Of a stretch of 64,000 nucleotides of DNA, positions 19,196-31,647 are shown piece after piece (the first letter of the stretch is position 1; each line of letters starts with the position of its first letter). The notes under the pieces were generated by a model. It was not told the origin of the DNA and did not search any database. It saw only the letters and a program-made list of their open reading frames with translations. The stretch covers positions 19,455 to 83,454 of the forward strand of contig JBARRR010000061.1 of assembly GCA_049644325.1 (NCBI GenBank). Reading direction: 5' to 3'. The DNA is from Candidatus Dormiibacterota bacterium. Lineage in GTDB: Bacteria > Chloroflexota > Dormibacteria > DASZGP01. The translations under genes and the position numbers were made by a program.

Positions 19196-19863
19196 GAGCT
19201 GTCTGGGTGAGGAAAGACACCAGGCTGTTGCAATGCCTTTGCGCGGCGTTGCAAAGCCTCCACTTCATCCTGCTGCAGGACCTCGTCCAACTCGCGTCGG
19301 AGAGGGTCGTCCGCGGCTTTGAGACGCTTGGCCAGCCCGCCGATCGCCGCCCGTTCCCTCGATGGCAGCGGTTCACCTGCGAAGTCCCAGATCACCGTGC
19401 GCAGCTTGGGCTCGACGTTGAAGGTCAGCCCGTTGTCGATTGCCCAGACGTGGCCCCCGTCGCCGAGCAGGCAATGGCCGCCCTTGCGGTCGGCGTTGTT
19501 GGTGAGGATGTCGAAGACCGCCAGACGCTGGAACGTCGCACGGTGGCCCTCGAGAAGCGTGAAGTAGTGCTGCTCCGGGTCATGGTCGACGAACAGCTGC
19601 AGAGAGCCGGGCCCCAGGGGAAGATCGTCACGGGCGATGGTGAGCGGCACAAAGCCCCAGCCCAGGGCGGCGTCGACAAGATGGGCGGCGACCTCGCGCC
19701 GGTACAGCGTCTCTTCAGGGAAGTCATACAGCGGGCGTTCCCCGGCCACTGGTTTGTAGACGGCAGGGGTCTCGCCCTGGTCGTCGCAGCAGCGCGTCAG
19801 GAAGGTCCGGTTGCTGGAGTAGGGAAGGCGGCCCACGACCTCGACCTGCCCGGCTCGCAACAA
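19168..19863 (-). CDS. SCO1664-family protein (TIGR03843, PI3/4-kinase-like fold)
   Basis: Conserved actinobacterial family that sits 3' of DUF3090. The long ORF reaches 20043 but overlaps DUF3090; a TTG start just after the DUF3090 stop was chosen. Confidence 0.55.
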   Translation of the reverse strand: MLRAGQVEVVGRLPYSSNRTFLTRCCDDQGETPAVYKPVAGERPLYDFPEETLYRREVAAHLVDAALGWGFVPLTIARDDLPLGPGSLQLFVDHDPEQHYFTLLEGHRATFQRLAVFDILTNNADRKGGHCLLGDGGHVWAIDNGLTFNVEPKLRTVIWDFAGEPLPSRERAAIGGLAKRLKAADDPLRRELDEVLQQDEVEALQRRAKALQQPGVFPHPDSSWSFPWPLV

Positions 19864-19892
19864 GGCTTCGCGCCGGGCCGCGCCCCGGGCGC

Positions 19893-20396
19893 CTAGAAGA
19901 CCGGGCTCTTCCCGTTCTTGCGGGGGCACAGGTGGCCCTCGGGGTCCATCGGCAGCCCGCAGATGGGGCAGAGCGGCCGGCCCCTGGCGACCAGCTCGAG
20001 GCCGCGCGCGGAGAGCGCCAGCGCCTGCTCGGGCCGCATCCAAACCCGGGCGGTGGCCACCGCGTCCTCCTCAGCATCTTCGTCCTCGGGAGCCTCCTGG
20101 GCGACGAGCACAATCATCTTGCGGTCGTCGTCGACGCCCAGACCCAGCTGGGCCGCGCGCCAGTCCGGCTCGACCGGCTCCTGGAGCTCGGCGGGCTCCT
20201 CCTCGGGACCCAGCTCCTGGCCCTGGAGCATCTCCACCGCGCGCTCCGCCAGCGCCTGCACCTGGACCTTCTCCACCAGCATCGTCAGGGTGCGGTACAT
20301 CGACCGAGCCTGGATGTAGAAGGCGCGCTGGCCGGGCGGACCGACGGTGCCCACCGCCACGCTCTCGGCGGGGTCGATCTCGATGTCTTCGGCCAT
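19893..20396 (-). CDS. DUF3090 family protein
   Basis: 167 aa; acidic central region; C-terminal CPICGLPMDPEGHLCPRKNG zinc-ribbon-like motif typical of DUF3090. Confidence 0.7.
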   Translation of the reverse strand: MAEDIEIDPAESVAVGTVGPPGQRAFYIQARSMYRTLTMLVEKVQVQALAERAVEMLQGQELGPEEEPAELQEPVEPDWRAAQLGLGVDDDRKMIVLVAQEAPEDEDAEEDAVATARVWMRPEQALALSARGLELVARGRPLCPICGLPMDPEGHLCPRKNGKSPVF

Positions 20397-20399
20397 GGC

Positions 20400-21041
20400 C
20401 TAATTCTGCCCGGACCGGCCCTTGCGCCGGGGCAGGAGCTCGGCCAGCCCGCCAACTTCGTTGACGCACACCAGGCCCGGCCCGCCGGGGGTCAGAACCA
20501 GCGCCGAAACCGCGGCGGGGGCGACGTGGAGGCGCTGGAAAAGGTCGAGGTGGACGCCGATGAAATGGGCCAGGGCCGCCTTGATCACGTCTCCGTGGGA
20601 GAAGGCGGCCACGGTCTCCCTGGGGTGGGCCTCGGCCAGCTCGTCGATGCAGCCGACGATCCGGGCCTGGACCTCCCGCAGCGCCTCGCCACCCGGGAAG
20701 CGGGCGTCCGCCGGCCGCTGCTGAACCCGCTTCCAGAGGTCGGTCTTACGCAGGGCCTTGAACTCCTGGCCGGTCCACTGACCGTAGTCGCACTCGTTGA
20801 GGCGGGCATCGGTCTGGATCTTGAGGCCGCGGCCCTTGGCCAGCGGCGCGGCGGTCTCCCTGGCGCGCTCCAACGGGCTGGAGTAGAGGCGGTCGATTGG
20901 GACGCCCTCCAATCGCCCCACCAGGCGCTGGGCCTGGGCCTTGCCGGCGTCGCTCAGGTGGACGCCAGGGGTCCGGCCGACCAGCTGTTTGGCGGTCAGC
21001 CCGGTGGTGCCGTGGCGGATCAGCAGGAGCAGCATCGCCAA
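20400..21041 (-). CDS. histidine phosphatase family protein (MSMEG_4193-type phosphomutase)
   Basis: LIRHGTT (RHG catalytic motif); 213 aa; first gene of the triad. Confidence 0.75.
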   Translation of the reverse strand: MAMLLLLIRHGTTGLTAKQLVGRTPGVHLSDAGKAQAQRLVGRLEGVPIDRLYSSPLERARETAAPLAKGRGLKIQTDARLNECDYGQWTGQEFKALRKTDLWKRVQQRPADARFPGGEALREVQARIVGCIDELAEAHPRETVAAFSHGDVIKAALAHFIGVHLDLFQRLHVAPAAVSALVLTPGGPGLVCVNEVGGLAELLPRRKGRSGQN

Positions 21042-21185
21042 AGGCTACCGGCCAGTCACAGCAGCGTTACCGACCCGACACCAAAGTCATGGGAAAGGTG
21101 GTAACACTGCTATCACCCCCGGAATACACCGGCAGCGGTCGGGATTGAAGGGTTTGTATCCCTCGAAGGTATTCAAAAAGAAGAG

Positions 21186-21404
21186 ATGGATGAGTCAATT
21201 ATTCAGTTCAGGGATCAACACGCTCTCCTGCTGACCGAGATCCGCAAGCTGCAGCAAGCAGCCGACGACAGCCAGGCCTCGCGCCAGCGCGAGTTGAACA
21301 GCATCCTCAAGGTGGTGGCACGCAACTACCTGCGCGAGTACGTGGATCCCGAGGTCACCGAGGACCAGCTCAGCGACTGGCTAACCCGGCTAGAGGCCGC
21401 CTAG
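21186..21404 (+). CDS. small hypothetical protein (72 aa)
   Basis: ORF after a low-GC intergenic region; no family recognised. Confidence 0.3.
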   Translation: MDESIIQFRDQHALLLTEIRKLQQAADDSQASRQRELNSILKVVARNYLREYVDPEVTEDQLSDWLTRLEAA

Positions 21405-21445
21405 CTCTCGGGGGCCCTGCGCGGCCCCGGCCCTAGACTCTGCGG

Positions 21446-21745
21446 GTGGCAACCGAAGAGCCCGGCCCACCGGGTCGCGCAACATACCCGAGCGGCCGGC
21501 CCAAGCTGACCCGGGCGGAGCAGCGCTACAACTACGGCGTGGCCATCGCCGCGGTAGCGGTGGTGGTGGTCCTGATCGTGGTCTCACCCAGGATCACCAT
21601 CGATGGCCTGGACATCCCCGTCTTCATCACCGCGGTGCTGGTCTTCGCATTCCTTTTCGGACTCGGCCAGATGGCGATCGGCCTAACCCGGCGGCGGCGG
21701 TACCTGCGCTCGCTGGACCCCCCGGATCGACGGGAGAGCGACTAG
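21446..21745 (+). CDS. small membrane protein (2 TM)
   Basis: GTG-start ORF; hydrophobic core VAIAAVAVVVVLIVV ... VLVFAFLFGLG. Confidence 0.35.
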   Translation: MATEEPGPPGRATYPSGRPKLTRAEQRYNYGVAIAAVAVVVVLIVVSPRITIDGLDIPVFITAVLVFAFLFGLGQMAIGLTRRRRYLRSLDPPDRRESD

Positions 21746-21879
21746 GCTTTAGGTTTCGCAGCGAACTCGGCGGGTATAACCTCTCCGAACCTGTGGATGG
21801 GCGTAATCCGCCGTCTTGCGGTTCAAAATTTGACACTGAGAACAGGCATCCTGAGATCAGGAAGGAGTAACTGGAAAAC

Positions 21880-23787
21880 ATGGCCAAGGCAGTCGGAATA
21901 GACCTCGGCACCACCAACAGCGTCGTTGCGACGATGGAGGGGGGCGAGGCCGTAGTAATCCCCAACGCGGAAGGCGGTAGGACAACGCCTTCGGTTGTCG
22001 CCTTCACCAAGAGCGGTGAGCGGCTGGTGGGCACCCTTGCCCGTCGCCAGGCCGCGGTCAACCCGGAGAACACCATCTACTCGATCAAGCGTTTCATGGG
22101 CCGCCGCTACCCGGAGGTCGAGGAGGAGCGCAAGATCGTCCCCTACAAGGTCGTCGCGGGCAAGGACGAGCGCGTCGAGATCGAGGTTGCCGGGGAGACC
22201 TACACCCCCGAGCAGATCTCGGCGATGATCCTGCAGAAGCTCAAGACCGATGCTGAGGCCTACCTCGGCCAGCCGGTCAAGGACGCGGTGGTCACGGTGC
22301 CGGCGTACTTCAACGACGCCCAGCGCCAGGCCACCAAGAATGCCGGCGAGATCGCCGGCCTGAATGTCGTCCGGATCATCAACGAGCCCACCGCGGCCGC
22401 TCTGGCCTACGGGCTGGACAAGAAGACCAACGAGAAGATCCTGGTCTGGGACCTCGGTGGTGGGACCTTCGACGTGTCCATCCTCGAGGTGGGCGACGGC
22501 GTCTTCGAGGTCAAGGCGACCAACGGCGATACCCACCTCGGTGGTGACGACTACGACCGTCGCATCGTCGACTGGATCGCCGACGAGTTCAAGAAGGACC
22601 AGGGCATCGACCTGCGCCAGGATCGCCAGGCCCTGCAGCGCCTGACGGAGGCGGCCGAGAAGGCCAAGATCGAGCTCAGTTCGCGGTTGGAGACCGATAT
22701 CAACCTGCCCTTTATCACCGCCGTCGACGGCGTGCCCAAGCATCTCGACATGAAGCTCTCGCGAGCCAAGTTCGAGCAGCTGACGACCGACCTCACCGAC
22801 CGCACCAAGGGCCCGTTCCAGGCCGCCCTCAAGGACGCTGGGATGAAGCCCAATGAGATCGACGAGGTCATCCTCGTCGGTGGCTCGACGCGGATGCCCG
22901 TGATCCAGGAGCTGGTCAAGAGCCTGGTCGGAAAAGAGCCGCACCGCGGCGTCAACCCCGACGAGGTTGTGGCCATGGGTGCCGCCATCCAGGCCGGCGT
23001 TCTCCAGGGCGACGTCAAGGACGTCCTGCTGCTGGACGTGACCCCGCTCAGCCTCGGCATCATGACCGAGGGGTCGGTCAACACGCCGATGATCCCGCGC
23101 AACACCACCATTCCCACGAGCAAGACCGAGACGTTCTCGACCGCTTCTGACAACCAGAACAGCGTTGAGATCGTGGTCCTGCAGGGAGAGCGGCCGATGG
23201 CCAAGGACAACCGCGAGCTGGGCAAGTTCAAGCTCGACGGCATCCCGCCGGCGCCCCGTGGCGTGCCTCAGATCGAGGTCACGTTCGACACCGACGCCAA
23301 CGGCATCCTCAATGTCCACGCCAAGGACCGCGCCACCGGCAAGGAACAGAAGGTGACCATCACCGGCTCGACCACCCTCGACAAGACCGAGGTCGAGAAG
23401 ATGGTGAAGGAGGCCGAGGTCAACGCCGCCGAGGACGAGCGCCGTCGCGGCGAGATCGAGGCCCACAACCAGCTGGACGGGTTGATCTACCAGGTCGAGA
23501 AGTTCATGCGCGAGAGTGGCGACAAGGTCCCGACCGAGCTTCGCTCCGAGGTGGAGGGCAAGCTGCCCGCCGCCAAGGAGGCGCTGGAGAGCAACGACAA
23601 GGACCGGATGGAAACGGCCTTCCGGGAGCTGTCCGAGGCCTACCAGAAGGTCGGCACCGCCATGTACGAGCAGCAGGGCGCCCCATCCGCCGAGGGGTCC
23701 TCCGATGGAGCCGCCGACGGGACGCCTTCCGAGGATGGCACCAAGCCTGAAGGCGACGTGGTCGACGCGGAGTTCAAGGAAGTCTAG
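21880..23787 (+). CDS. dnaK: molecular chaperone DnaK (Hsp70)
   Basis: [17 protein letters not shown]...; 635 aa; SD AAGGAG 12 nt upstream. Confidence 0.95.
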   Translation: MAKAVGIDLGTTNSVVATMEGGEAVVIPNAEGGRTTPSVVAFTKSGERLVGTLARRQAAVNPENTIYSIKRFMGRRYPEVEEERKIVPYKVVAGKDERVEIEVAGETYTPEQISAMILQKLKTDAEAYLGQPVKDAVVTVPAYFNDAQRQATKNAGEIAGLNVVRIINEPTAAALAYGLDKKTNEKILVWDLGGGTFDVSILEVGDGVFEVKATNGDTHLGGDDYDRRIVDWIADEFKKDQGIDLRQDRQALQRLTEAAEKAKIELSSRLETDINLPFITAVDGVPKHLDMKLSRAKFEQLTTDLTDRTKGPFQAALKDAGMKPNEIDEVILVGGSTRMPVIQELVKSLVGKEPHRGVNPDEVVAMGAAIQAGVLQGDVKDVLLLDVTPLSLGIMTEGSVNTPMIPRNTTIPTSKTETFSTASDNQNSVEIVVLQGERPMAKDNRELGKFKLDGIPPAPRGVPQIEVTFDTDANGILNVHAKDRATGKEQKVTITGSTTLDKTEVEKMVKEAEVNAAEDERRRGEIEAHNQLDGLIYQVEKFMRESGDKVPTELRSEVEGKLPAAKEALESNDKDRMETAFRELSEAYQKVGTAMYEQQGAPSAEGSSDGAADGTPSEDGTKPEGDVVDAEFKEV

Positions 23788-23800
23788 GGCAGCACAAGAA

Positions 23801-23832
23801 GGCCGGGGCCGTCATGGCCCCGGCCTTTTTTA
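23801..23832 (+). terminator. rho-independent terminator after dnaK
   Basis: GGCCGGGGCC-gtcat-GGCCCCGGCC followed by TTTTTTATT. Confidence 0.7.
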
Positions 23833-23922
23833 TTGGGGCGGCCCTCCGTCGCGGCTGTCACCGAGACCGGCGGCGACATAGCGGTTTGCCCTGCCACGCC
23901 GACGGGTACAAACTCTTGGGAC

Positions 23923-26550
<2,628 letters not shown>

Positions 26551-26578
26551 CCGCCTGGCCGGGGCTTAGGCTAGGGCG

Positions 26579-27352
26579 ATGCCCGGCCTGGTCACGCTGA
26601 CAACTGATTTCGGCAGGCGCGACCCATACGTGGCCGCGCTCGAGGCCGCGGTGCTCAAGGTGGCGCCGGACACCCGCGTGGTCCACATCAGCCATGACGT
26701 CCCCCGCGGCGACATCGTCACCGGCGCCTACCTGCTGGAGTACGCCAGTCGCGTGTTCGCGGAGGGCACCCGGCAGAGCCCTGTGCACCTGGGCGTTGTC
26801 GATCCCGGAGTTGGGTCAAACCGGCGCATGCTGGCGGTGGACTGCGCCGGCTTCTTCCTCGTCGGCCCGGACAATGGCCTGCTGCGTCGGGCGCTCCGCG
26901 GGCGCACCATCACCACAGTCGTGCTGCCCGCGACGGCCGATGCAGCGCCGACCTTCCAGTCGCGCGACATCATGGCGCCGGCGGCGGCGCGGCTGGCTGG
27001 AGGGGAGGGGGTGGCCTCCCTCGGCACTCCCACCCAAGTCGATATCGACCCTCCGGCACCGGGGCTGCCCGACCATGGCCCGGTGACCACCACCGTGGCC
27101 CACGTGGACGGCTTCGGCACCGTGGTCGTTGATGTCAGGTGCCCCGCCGTGCTGCCGGTGAACATGCTGCGCGTTGGGGGTCGGGAAATCTCGCTGGCAA
27201 GGACGTTCAGCGACGTGCCCAGCGGCCGGCTGGTGGCGTACCGCGGATCGATTGGCTACCTCGAGGTCGCGGTGCGCGACGGCAGCGCCGCTTCGGAGCT
27301 GGGCCTCAACCCCGGAGACAGGCTCGCGATCGAGGTCGTCGGGGGCCGTTAA
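26579..27352 (+). CDS. SAM hydroxide adenosyltransferase (DUF62 / SalL-FlA-like SAM hydrolase)
   Basis: N-terminal VTLTTDFG..DPYVA motif characteristic of DUF62. Confidence 0.7.
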   Translation: MPGLVTLTTDFGRRDPYVAALEAAVLKVAPDTRVVHISHDVPRGDIVTGAYLLEYASRVFAEGTRQSPVHLGVVDPGVGSNRRMLAVDCAGFFLVGPDNGLLRRALRGRTITTVVLPATADAAPTFQSRDIMAPAAARLAGGEGVASLGTPTQVDIDPPAPGLPDHGPVTTTVAHVDGFGTVVVDVRCPAVLPVNMLRVGGREISLARTFSDVPSGRLVAYRGSIGYLEVAVRDGSAASELGLNPGDRLAIEVVGGR

Positions 27353-27400
27353 ACAAATCAGCGGTGGGTCGAATGCCCACCGCTGACCAAGGCGACTTCG

Positions 27401-27595
27401 CTACGTACCTAGGCCGCTGGTGATGTCGCTGAACACGTTGACCACCTGGTTGCCCAGGATGATGAGGACGACGATGACTACGACAGCGATAAGGACAAGG
27501 ATCAAGGCGTATTCGACCATTCCCTGCCCAGCCTCGCTGTCACGATCGAAGAGACGGCTGATCCGCCCCGACAGACGTGACACTAACGTCATGAT
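27401..27595 (-). CDS. Flp-family type IVb pilin
   Basis: 64 aa from ATG 27595; Flp motif GQGMVEYALILVLIAVVVI. Low-GC gene with no tad genes nearby. Confidence 0.6.
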   Translation of the reverse strand: MMTLVSRLSGRISRLFDRDSEAGQGMVEYALILVLIAVVVIVVLIILGNQVVNVFSDITSGLGT

Positions 27596-27762
27596 GCCTC
27601 CATTTGATAAGAACATTGCGGTAATGTAACGACACTCCAAGGAGTTCCTTGTCGGTCTCCTGTCGCAGTGCAGTGACAGGGAGGAAAACTCTTGTGTGTC
27701 AGGCACCCGCGGGCAGCCGGTTCAATTGAACGGCTTTGCACGACTGACCCGGGCCGGGGTCG

Positions 27763-28320
27763 TCAGGTAGCGGCGAAGACCAGCGAGTAGCCCTGGCCAG
27801 GGCGGTTCAGGACCTGGCAAGGCACGTCCAACCGTTTGAGGATCTTGCGCAACCGCTGGACGTAATTCCGGACCTCCTCAGGGTATAGAGCCGGGTCCGC
27901 CCAGGCCTGGGCGAGGATCTGCGGGGCGCTGAAGTAGCGATGAGGGTGGTTGAGCAGGAACGCGAGCAGCTGGTACTCCCGCCGCGTCAGCGCGGCCTCC
28001 CGACCCTGGTGTCGGAGGACGCGCCCTTCGGGGTCGATCCACAATCCCTGCAGCTCCCAGACGCGCTGGTACCACAGCTCGAGGCGCTCCAGGTATCCCT
28101 CCATCTGGTTCTCGATGATGGCAAGGTCGGTCGCTGCCGCCTGCTGCGCCGGTGGAGGGAGTTTCTGGATGTCGCGCTCGACCCTCTTCAGGAGCCCACG
28201 CTTGAACTGCAGGAGGTCGGCGTAGACGCTCAGCCAGTGCCGCGCGTCCTCCCAGTGCTGGGTCGTGAGGTCTTCCCCTTCGAGGGGAACGGACAGTTTG
28301 CGCTCAGTTTGCTTGGCCAT
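27763..28320 (-). CDS. transcriptional regulator with C-terminal OmpR/PhoB-type winged helix (no receiver domain)
   Basis: C-terminal LTRREYQLLAFLLNHP...QILAQAW...GYSL trans_reg_C signature; N-domain unassigned. Confidence 0.55.
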   Translation of the reverse strand: MAKQTERKLSVPLEGEDLTTQHWEDARHWLSVYADLLQFKRGLLKRVERDIQKLPPPAQQAAATDLAIIENQMEGYLERLELWYQRVWELQGLWIDPEGRVLRHQGREAALTRREYQLLAFLLNHPHRYFSAPQILAQAWADPALYPEEVRNYVQRLRKILKRLDVPCQVLNRPGQGYSLVFAAT

Positions 28321-28390
28321 GGCCTCCTATCGCGATCAGGCCCAATTCTAGAAGGGCACCACCCACGTACGGAACACCTCGCCATTCTTA

Positions 28391-28768
28391 TTGCTGAGGT
28401 TGTTATGGCTTGGCAGTTATTACGATGGAGTGACTCTTCACGAGAAAGCTCCCCTTCGGCCGGAGTTGGCCGCCGCGATCCGAGGTGCCGACCCCGACCA
28501 GACCATGGACGGCGAAGCCGACATGGGCACCGCCTCCCTTGAGGAAGCCCTGTTCTGGGTCGGCGTTTACCGCGAGATCCTGGCCATGGAGGAGAAGGTG
28601 ATGGACAGGGTCCGGCAGCTGATGTCCGCGCAATCGCCGCTGGTTCGGAAAGAGGTCGAGCTGACCAATGTGCCGGTGATCGCGTCCCAGGTTTCCAGGT
28701 TCCGGCATCGGCATGACCACTGGAAGCTGAAGGTCAGCGAGTTGCAGGGCTTGGATGGGGCGGCCTAG
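28391..28768 (+). CDS. hypothetical protein
   Basis: ORF only; lower GC. Confidence 0.3.
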   Translation: MLRLLWLGSYYDGVTLHEKAPLRPELAAAIRGADPDQTMDGEADMGTASLEEALFWVGVYREILAMEEKVMDRVRQLMSAQSPLVRKEVELTNVPVIASQVSRFRHRHDHWKLKVSELQGLDGAA

Positions 28769-28805
28769 CGGCATCGCATCCCACCAGCGTGCGGAGGTAG
28801 GCAGA

Positions 28806-29138
28806 GTGCAAGAAACCCACCGCGTAAAGCGGGCCCTCGACAAGATGAGCCATACCCGCGGAGCCGAGGCCGGCGATAAGCCGAAGGCTGAGAAAGGTCG
28901 GGCCCAGGAGTTCCCTCACCACGAGCACTTGGAGCTGACCCATGTACACGGGCATTCGCACGTTACCCATTACCGCGAGCCGGGTGAACGGGATGAGTGG
29001 TCTCACCTCACCACGACCCACGAGCACGAGCACAATCATCCACGGCTCACCCACATGCACGTGCCCCACGAGGAGCTCCAGCTCGAGCATGTGCACGAGG
29101 CTCACCACCATGACCATGGGGAGTCTCCGGGGCACTGA
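28806..29138 (+). CDS. histidine-rich protein (HxH/HEH repeats), putative metal-binding
   Basis: GTG 28806 with GGAGG SD 8 nt upstream; about 25% His (LTHVHGHSHVTH, THEHEHNHPRLTHMHVPHEE, HEAHHHDHG). Confidence 0.45.
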   Translation: MQETHRVKRALDKMSHTRGAEAGDKPKAEKGRAQEFPHHEHLELTHVHGHSHVTHYREPGERDEWSHLTTTHEHEHNHPRLTHMHVPHEELQLEHVHEAHHHDHGESPGH

Positions 29139-29165
29139 GCCCCCGCTGCTACCCTCTGGCTTGGT

Positions 29166-29238
29166 GCCGACGTAGCTCAGGGGTAGAGCAACGGTTTCGT
29201 AAACCGTCGGTCGGGAGTTCGAATCTCCCCGTCGGCTT
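29166..29238 (+). tRNA. tRNA-Thr (anticodon CGU)
   Basis: Acceptor stem GCCGACG/CGTCGGC; D-arm TAGCTCAGGGGTAGAGC; anticodon stem ACGGT/ACCGT with loop TTCGTAA; T-arm GGGAGTTCGAATCTCCC. Confidence 0.85.
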
Positions 29239-29361
29239 CCATTCCCGCTGAGCCAGAATGTCGAGAACAGGGTCCCTCGATCGACGTCCCCAATGCAGGT
29301 CCCAATTGGGCCGAGAGAAAAGAGGCGCCACGGCTGGCGCCATTGGAGAAGGAGCGTAGAT

Positions 29362-29754
29362 ATGTTCAAGCCGCAAGCGGCATTCAGTGGTTTTTCGGTC
29401 AACGACCTGGCCAAGGCCAAGGAGTTCTACCAGGGAACCCTTGGCGTGCAGGTCGAAGAGGAAGGCGAAGGCATGGGGATAAGGATTCATCTGCCCGGCG
29501 GTGGCACGGTGTTCGTCTACGACAAGCCCGACCACCAACCAGCCTCCTTCACCATCCTCAACTTCGTTGTCGACGACATCGACGGCGCCGTCGATGAGCT
29601 GACAGGTCGAGGCGTGCAATTCGAGCACTATGACAATGGGGCCAAGACCGATGACAAAGGCATCGCCCGGGGCAGGTCACAGAACATGGGCCCCGACATC
29701 GCCTGGTTCAAGGATCCCGCCGGCAATTTCCTCTCGGTGCTCCAGGACAGCTGA
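29362..29754 (+). CDS. VOC family protein (glyoxalase/bleomycin-resistance fold)
   Basis: ATG 29362 with GGAGAAGGAG SD; small beta-alpha-beta-beta-beta protein. Confidence 0.6.
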   Translation: MFKPQAAFSGFSVNDLAKAKEFYQGTLGVQVEEEGEGMGIRIHLPGGGTVFVYDKPDHQPASFTILNFVVDDIDGAVDELTGRGVQFEHYDNGAKTDDKGIARGRSQNMGPDIAWFKDPAGNFLSVLQDS

Positions 29755-29774
29755 CCATAGCCGTCTCGAGCCTG

Positions 29775-30896
29775 TCAGGCGATCGCTAGTGTGAAGCGCA
29801 TGGTGGTGCCCGACCCCGGCTGACTAGCGGCCTCGATGGCGCCGCCGTGCGCGACGACAAGGTCGCGGGCGATGGCGAGGCCGAGCCCTGACCCCGACGA
29901 CGAGGATCCCTTGACGAACCGTTCGAAGATGTCGGGCAGCAGCTCTGGCGCAATGCCGTCTCCGCTGTCGCGGACCGATACCTCGAGGACGTCGCCCGAG
30001 CGCTTGACGGCCGCGTCCACCGAGCCGCCTGAGGGCGTGTGTCGGATCGCATTGCTGATGAGGTTGGAGACCACCGACTGAATCCGCGCGGGGTCCGCCT
30101 GCACCAGGGGGAGGTCCGGCTGCAGGTCCGCGGTCACGCGCACGCCCGCGCCTTCGGCCGCCCCGGCGAACAACGCCAGTGTCTCGTTCACCAGCAGACC
30201 GACGTCGACGGGCTCCCGCCTCAAGGTGAGGCCCCCCGCGTCCGCCAGCGCCAGGGTGCGGAGGTCCTCGATCAGGCCCTCCAGGGTCCGCGCCGCCTCG
30301 AGCACCGGCGCCACGTGTTCGGGGTCACCAGGGTATACGCCGTCGACGATACCCTCCGCCCGGCCGCGGATCACCGACAGCGGCGTGCGCAGCTCGTGCG
30401 TCACGTCGGCCAGGAAGGTCCGCCGCCGGGTGTCGGTCGCCTCCAGCTGCTCCGCCATTTCGTTGAAGGCGCGCGCCACGGTTCGCACCTCGCGGGGCCC
30501 GCGCTCCCGGACGCGGACCGTGAGATCGCCGGCCTCGATCTGGCTGGCGGCATCGACCAGGTCGCCGACGGGGCGGGTGAAGCGCCGGACCATCCGCCCG
30601 CCGCTGCTGAACGCAATGACCACCAGCACCAGCAGGGCCAGCGACGCCAGGCGCACAACCGTGGCCGCACCTGTGACGCCGAGGACGTTGGCCACGAGCC
30701 AGGCCGCCAGCACCACGGCGCCGGTGATGGCGAAGAAGAAGCCGGCCAGCCACAATGCCACGCGGCGCATGAACCGCCGGCCAGGACGGCGTCCCCAACC
30801 CCGCATGCCCTGTCGCCAGGAACCACTTGGGGGCCACGCCTCGTTCTCCGGCCACCAGGGCGGCCGTCGGTCCGCCTGTGGCCGACGGTGGCTCAT
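29775..30896 (-). CDS. sensor histidine kinase (2 TM, HAMP, HisKA, HATPase_c)
   Basis: H-box LADVTHELRTPL and an N/G1/G2 ATP-lid; overlaps the response-regulator gene by 4 nt. Confidence 0.8.
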   Translation of the reverse strand: MSHRRPQADRRPPWWPENEAWPPSGSWRQGMRGWGRRPGRRFMRRVALWLAGFFFAITGAVVLAAWLVANVLGVTGAATVVRLASLALLVLVVIAFSSGGRMVRRFTRPVGDLVDAASQIEAGDLTVRVRERGPREVRTVARAFNEMAEQLEATDTRRRTFLADVTHELRTPLSVIRGRAEGIVDGVYPGDPEHVAPVLEAARTLEGLIEDLRTLALADAGGLTLRREPVDVGLLVNETLALFAGAAEGAGVRVTADLQPDLPLVQADPARIQSVVSNLISNAIRHTPSGGSVDAAVKRSGDVLEVSVRDSGDGIAPELLPDIFERFVKGSSSSGSGLGLAIARDLVVAHGGAIEAASQPGSGTTMRFTLAIA

Positions 30897-31582
30897 TCTC
30901 GGTGGCCGGCGAAGCGATAGCCGACGCCGTAGACAGTCTGGAGGTAACGCGGCGAGCCGGGCTCCGGCTCCAGCTTGCGGCGAATGTTCTTGACATGAGC
31001 GTCGATGGCGCGTTCGTAGGACTCGAAAGCCACCCCGTGCACGGCGTCGAGCAACTGGGCTCGCGTGAAGACCCGTCCCGGCTCGCGGGCCAATGCCGCC
31101 AGCAGCTGGAACTCGGTCGGGGTCAACTCAACCCGGCGGCCGCCTATCCGCGCCTCCATCCGGGGCAGGTCAAGCTCGATGTCGTCACCCACTCGGAGCA
31201 CAGGCGGCCCTGTTGCCGCGACCTCGGCCCGGCGGAGAACGGCGCGGACCCTGGCCACCAGCTCCTTGGGGCTGAACGGCTTGGTCATGTAGTCGTCGGC
31301 GCCGAGCTCCAAGCCGACCAGCTTGTCCGACTCGTCGCTACGAGCGGTGAGCATGATGATCGGCACCGGGTTGTCCTTTCGGAGAGCTCGGGTGACCTCG
31401 AGACCGTCGAGCCCGGGCAAGCCAAGGTCGAGGACCACGAGATCGGGGCGACCGGCGGTCACCGCCCTTACGGCGCCCCGCCCATCCGTCGCCTCCAGCA
31501 CCGAGAAACCGACCGCCTCGAGGTGATCCCGCACCAGTCGGACTATCTCCGGTTCATCGTCGACGACGAGGATGGTGGCCAT
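30893..31582 (-). CDS. OmpR-family response regulator
   Basis: Receiver (ILVVDDEP...D...LDLGLPG) plus trans_reg_C. Confidence 0.85.
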   Translation of the reverse strand: MATILVVDDEPEIVRLVRDHLEAVGFSVLEATDGRGAVRAVTAGRPDLVVLDLGLPGLDGLEVTRALRKDNPVPIIMLTARSDESDKLVGLELGADDYMTKPFSPKELVARVRAVLRRAEVAATGPPVLRVGDDIELDLPRMEARIGGRRVELTPTEFQLLAALAREPGRVFTRAQLLDAVHGVAFESYERAIDAHVKNIRRKLEPEPGSPRYLQTVYGVGYRFAGHRE

Positions 31583-31647
31583 GGCGTGATGGTAGAGCCC
31601 AAAACGGGCCGGAGACGAATCGGTCCCCGGCCCGTTGCGGTTGGCGC

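Noticed and set aside
19207-21104. Plus-strand ORFs (229 and 390 aa) across the DUF3090/SCO1664/phosphatase genes
   Set aside because: Antisense to three family-assignable genes; translations are Gly/Arg/Leu low complexity.
21780-21879. Search for HspR HAIR or HrcA CIRCE operators upstream of dnaK and clpB
   Set aside because: No CTTGAGT-N7-ACTCAAG or TTAGCACTC-N9-GAGTGCTAA match. Only a TTGACA hexamer and the CTGAGA..CAGG direct repeat were seen, reported separately as speculative.
21823-23466. 547-aa minus-strand ORF antisense to dnaK
   Set aside because: Shadow ORF of a highly conserved gene.
23833-23922. 30-codon N-terminal extension of clpB in the ORF track
   Set aside because: It overlaps the dnaK terminator region, and the conserved ClpB N-terminus begins at MRLDKF (ATG 23923).
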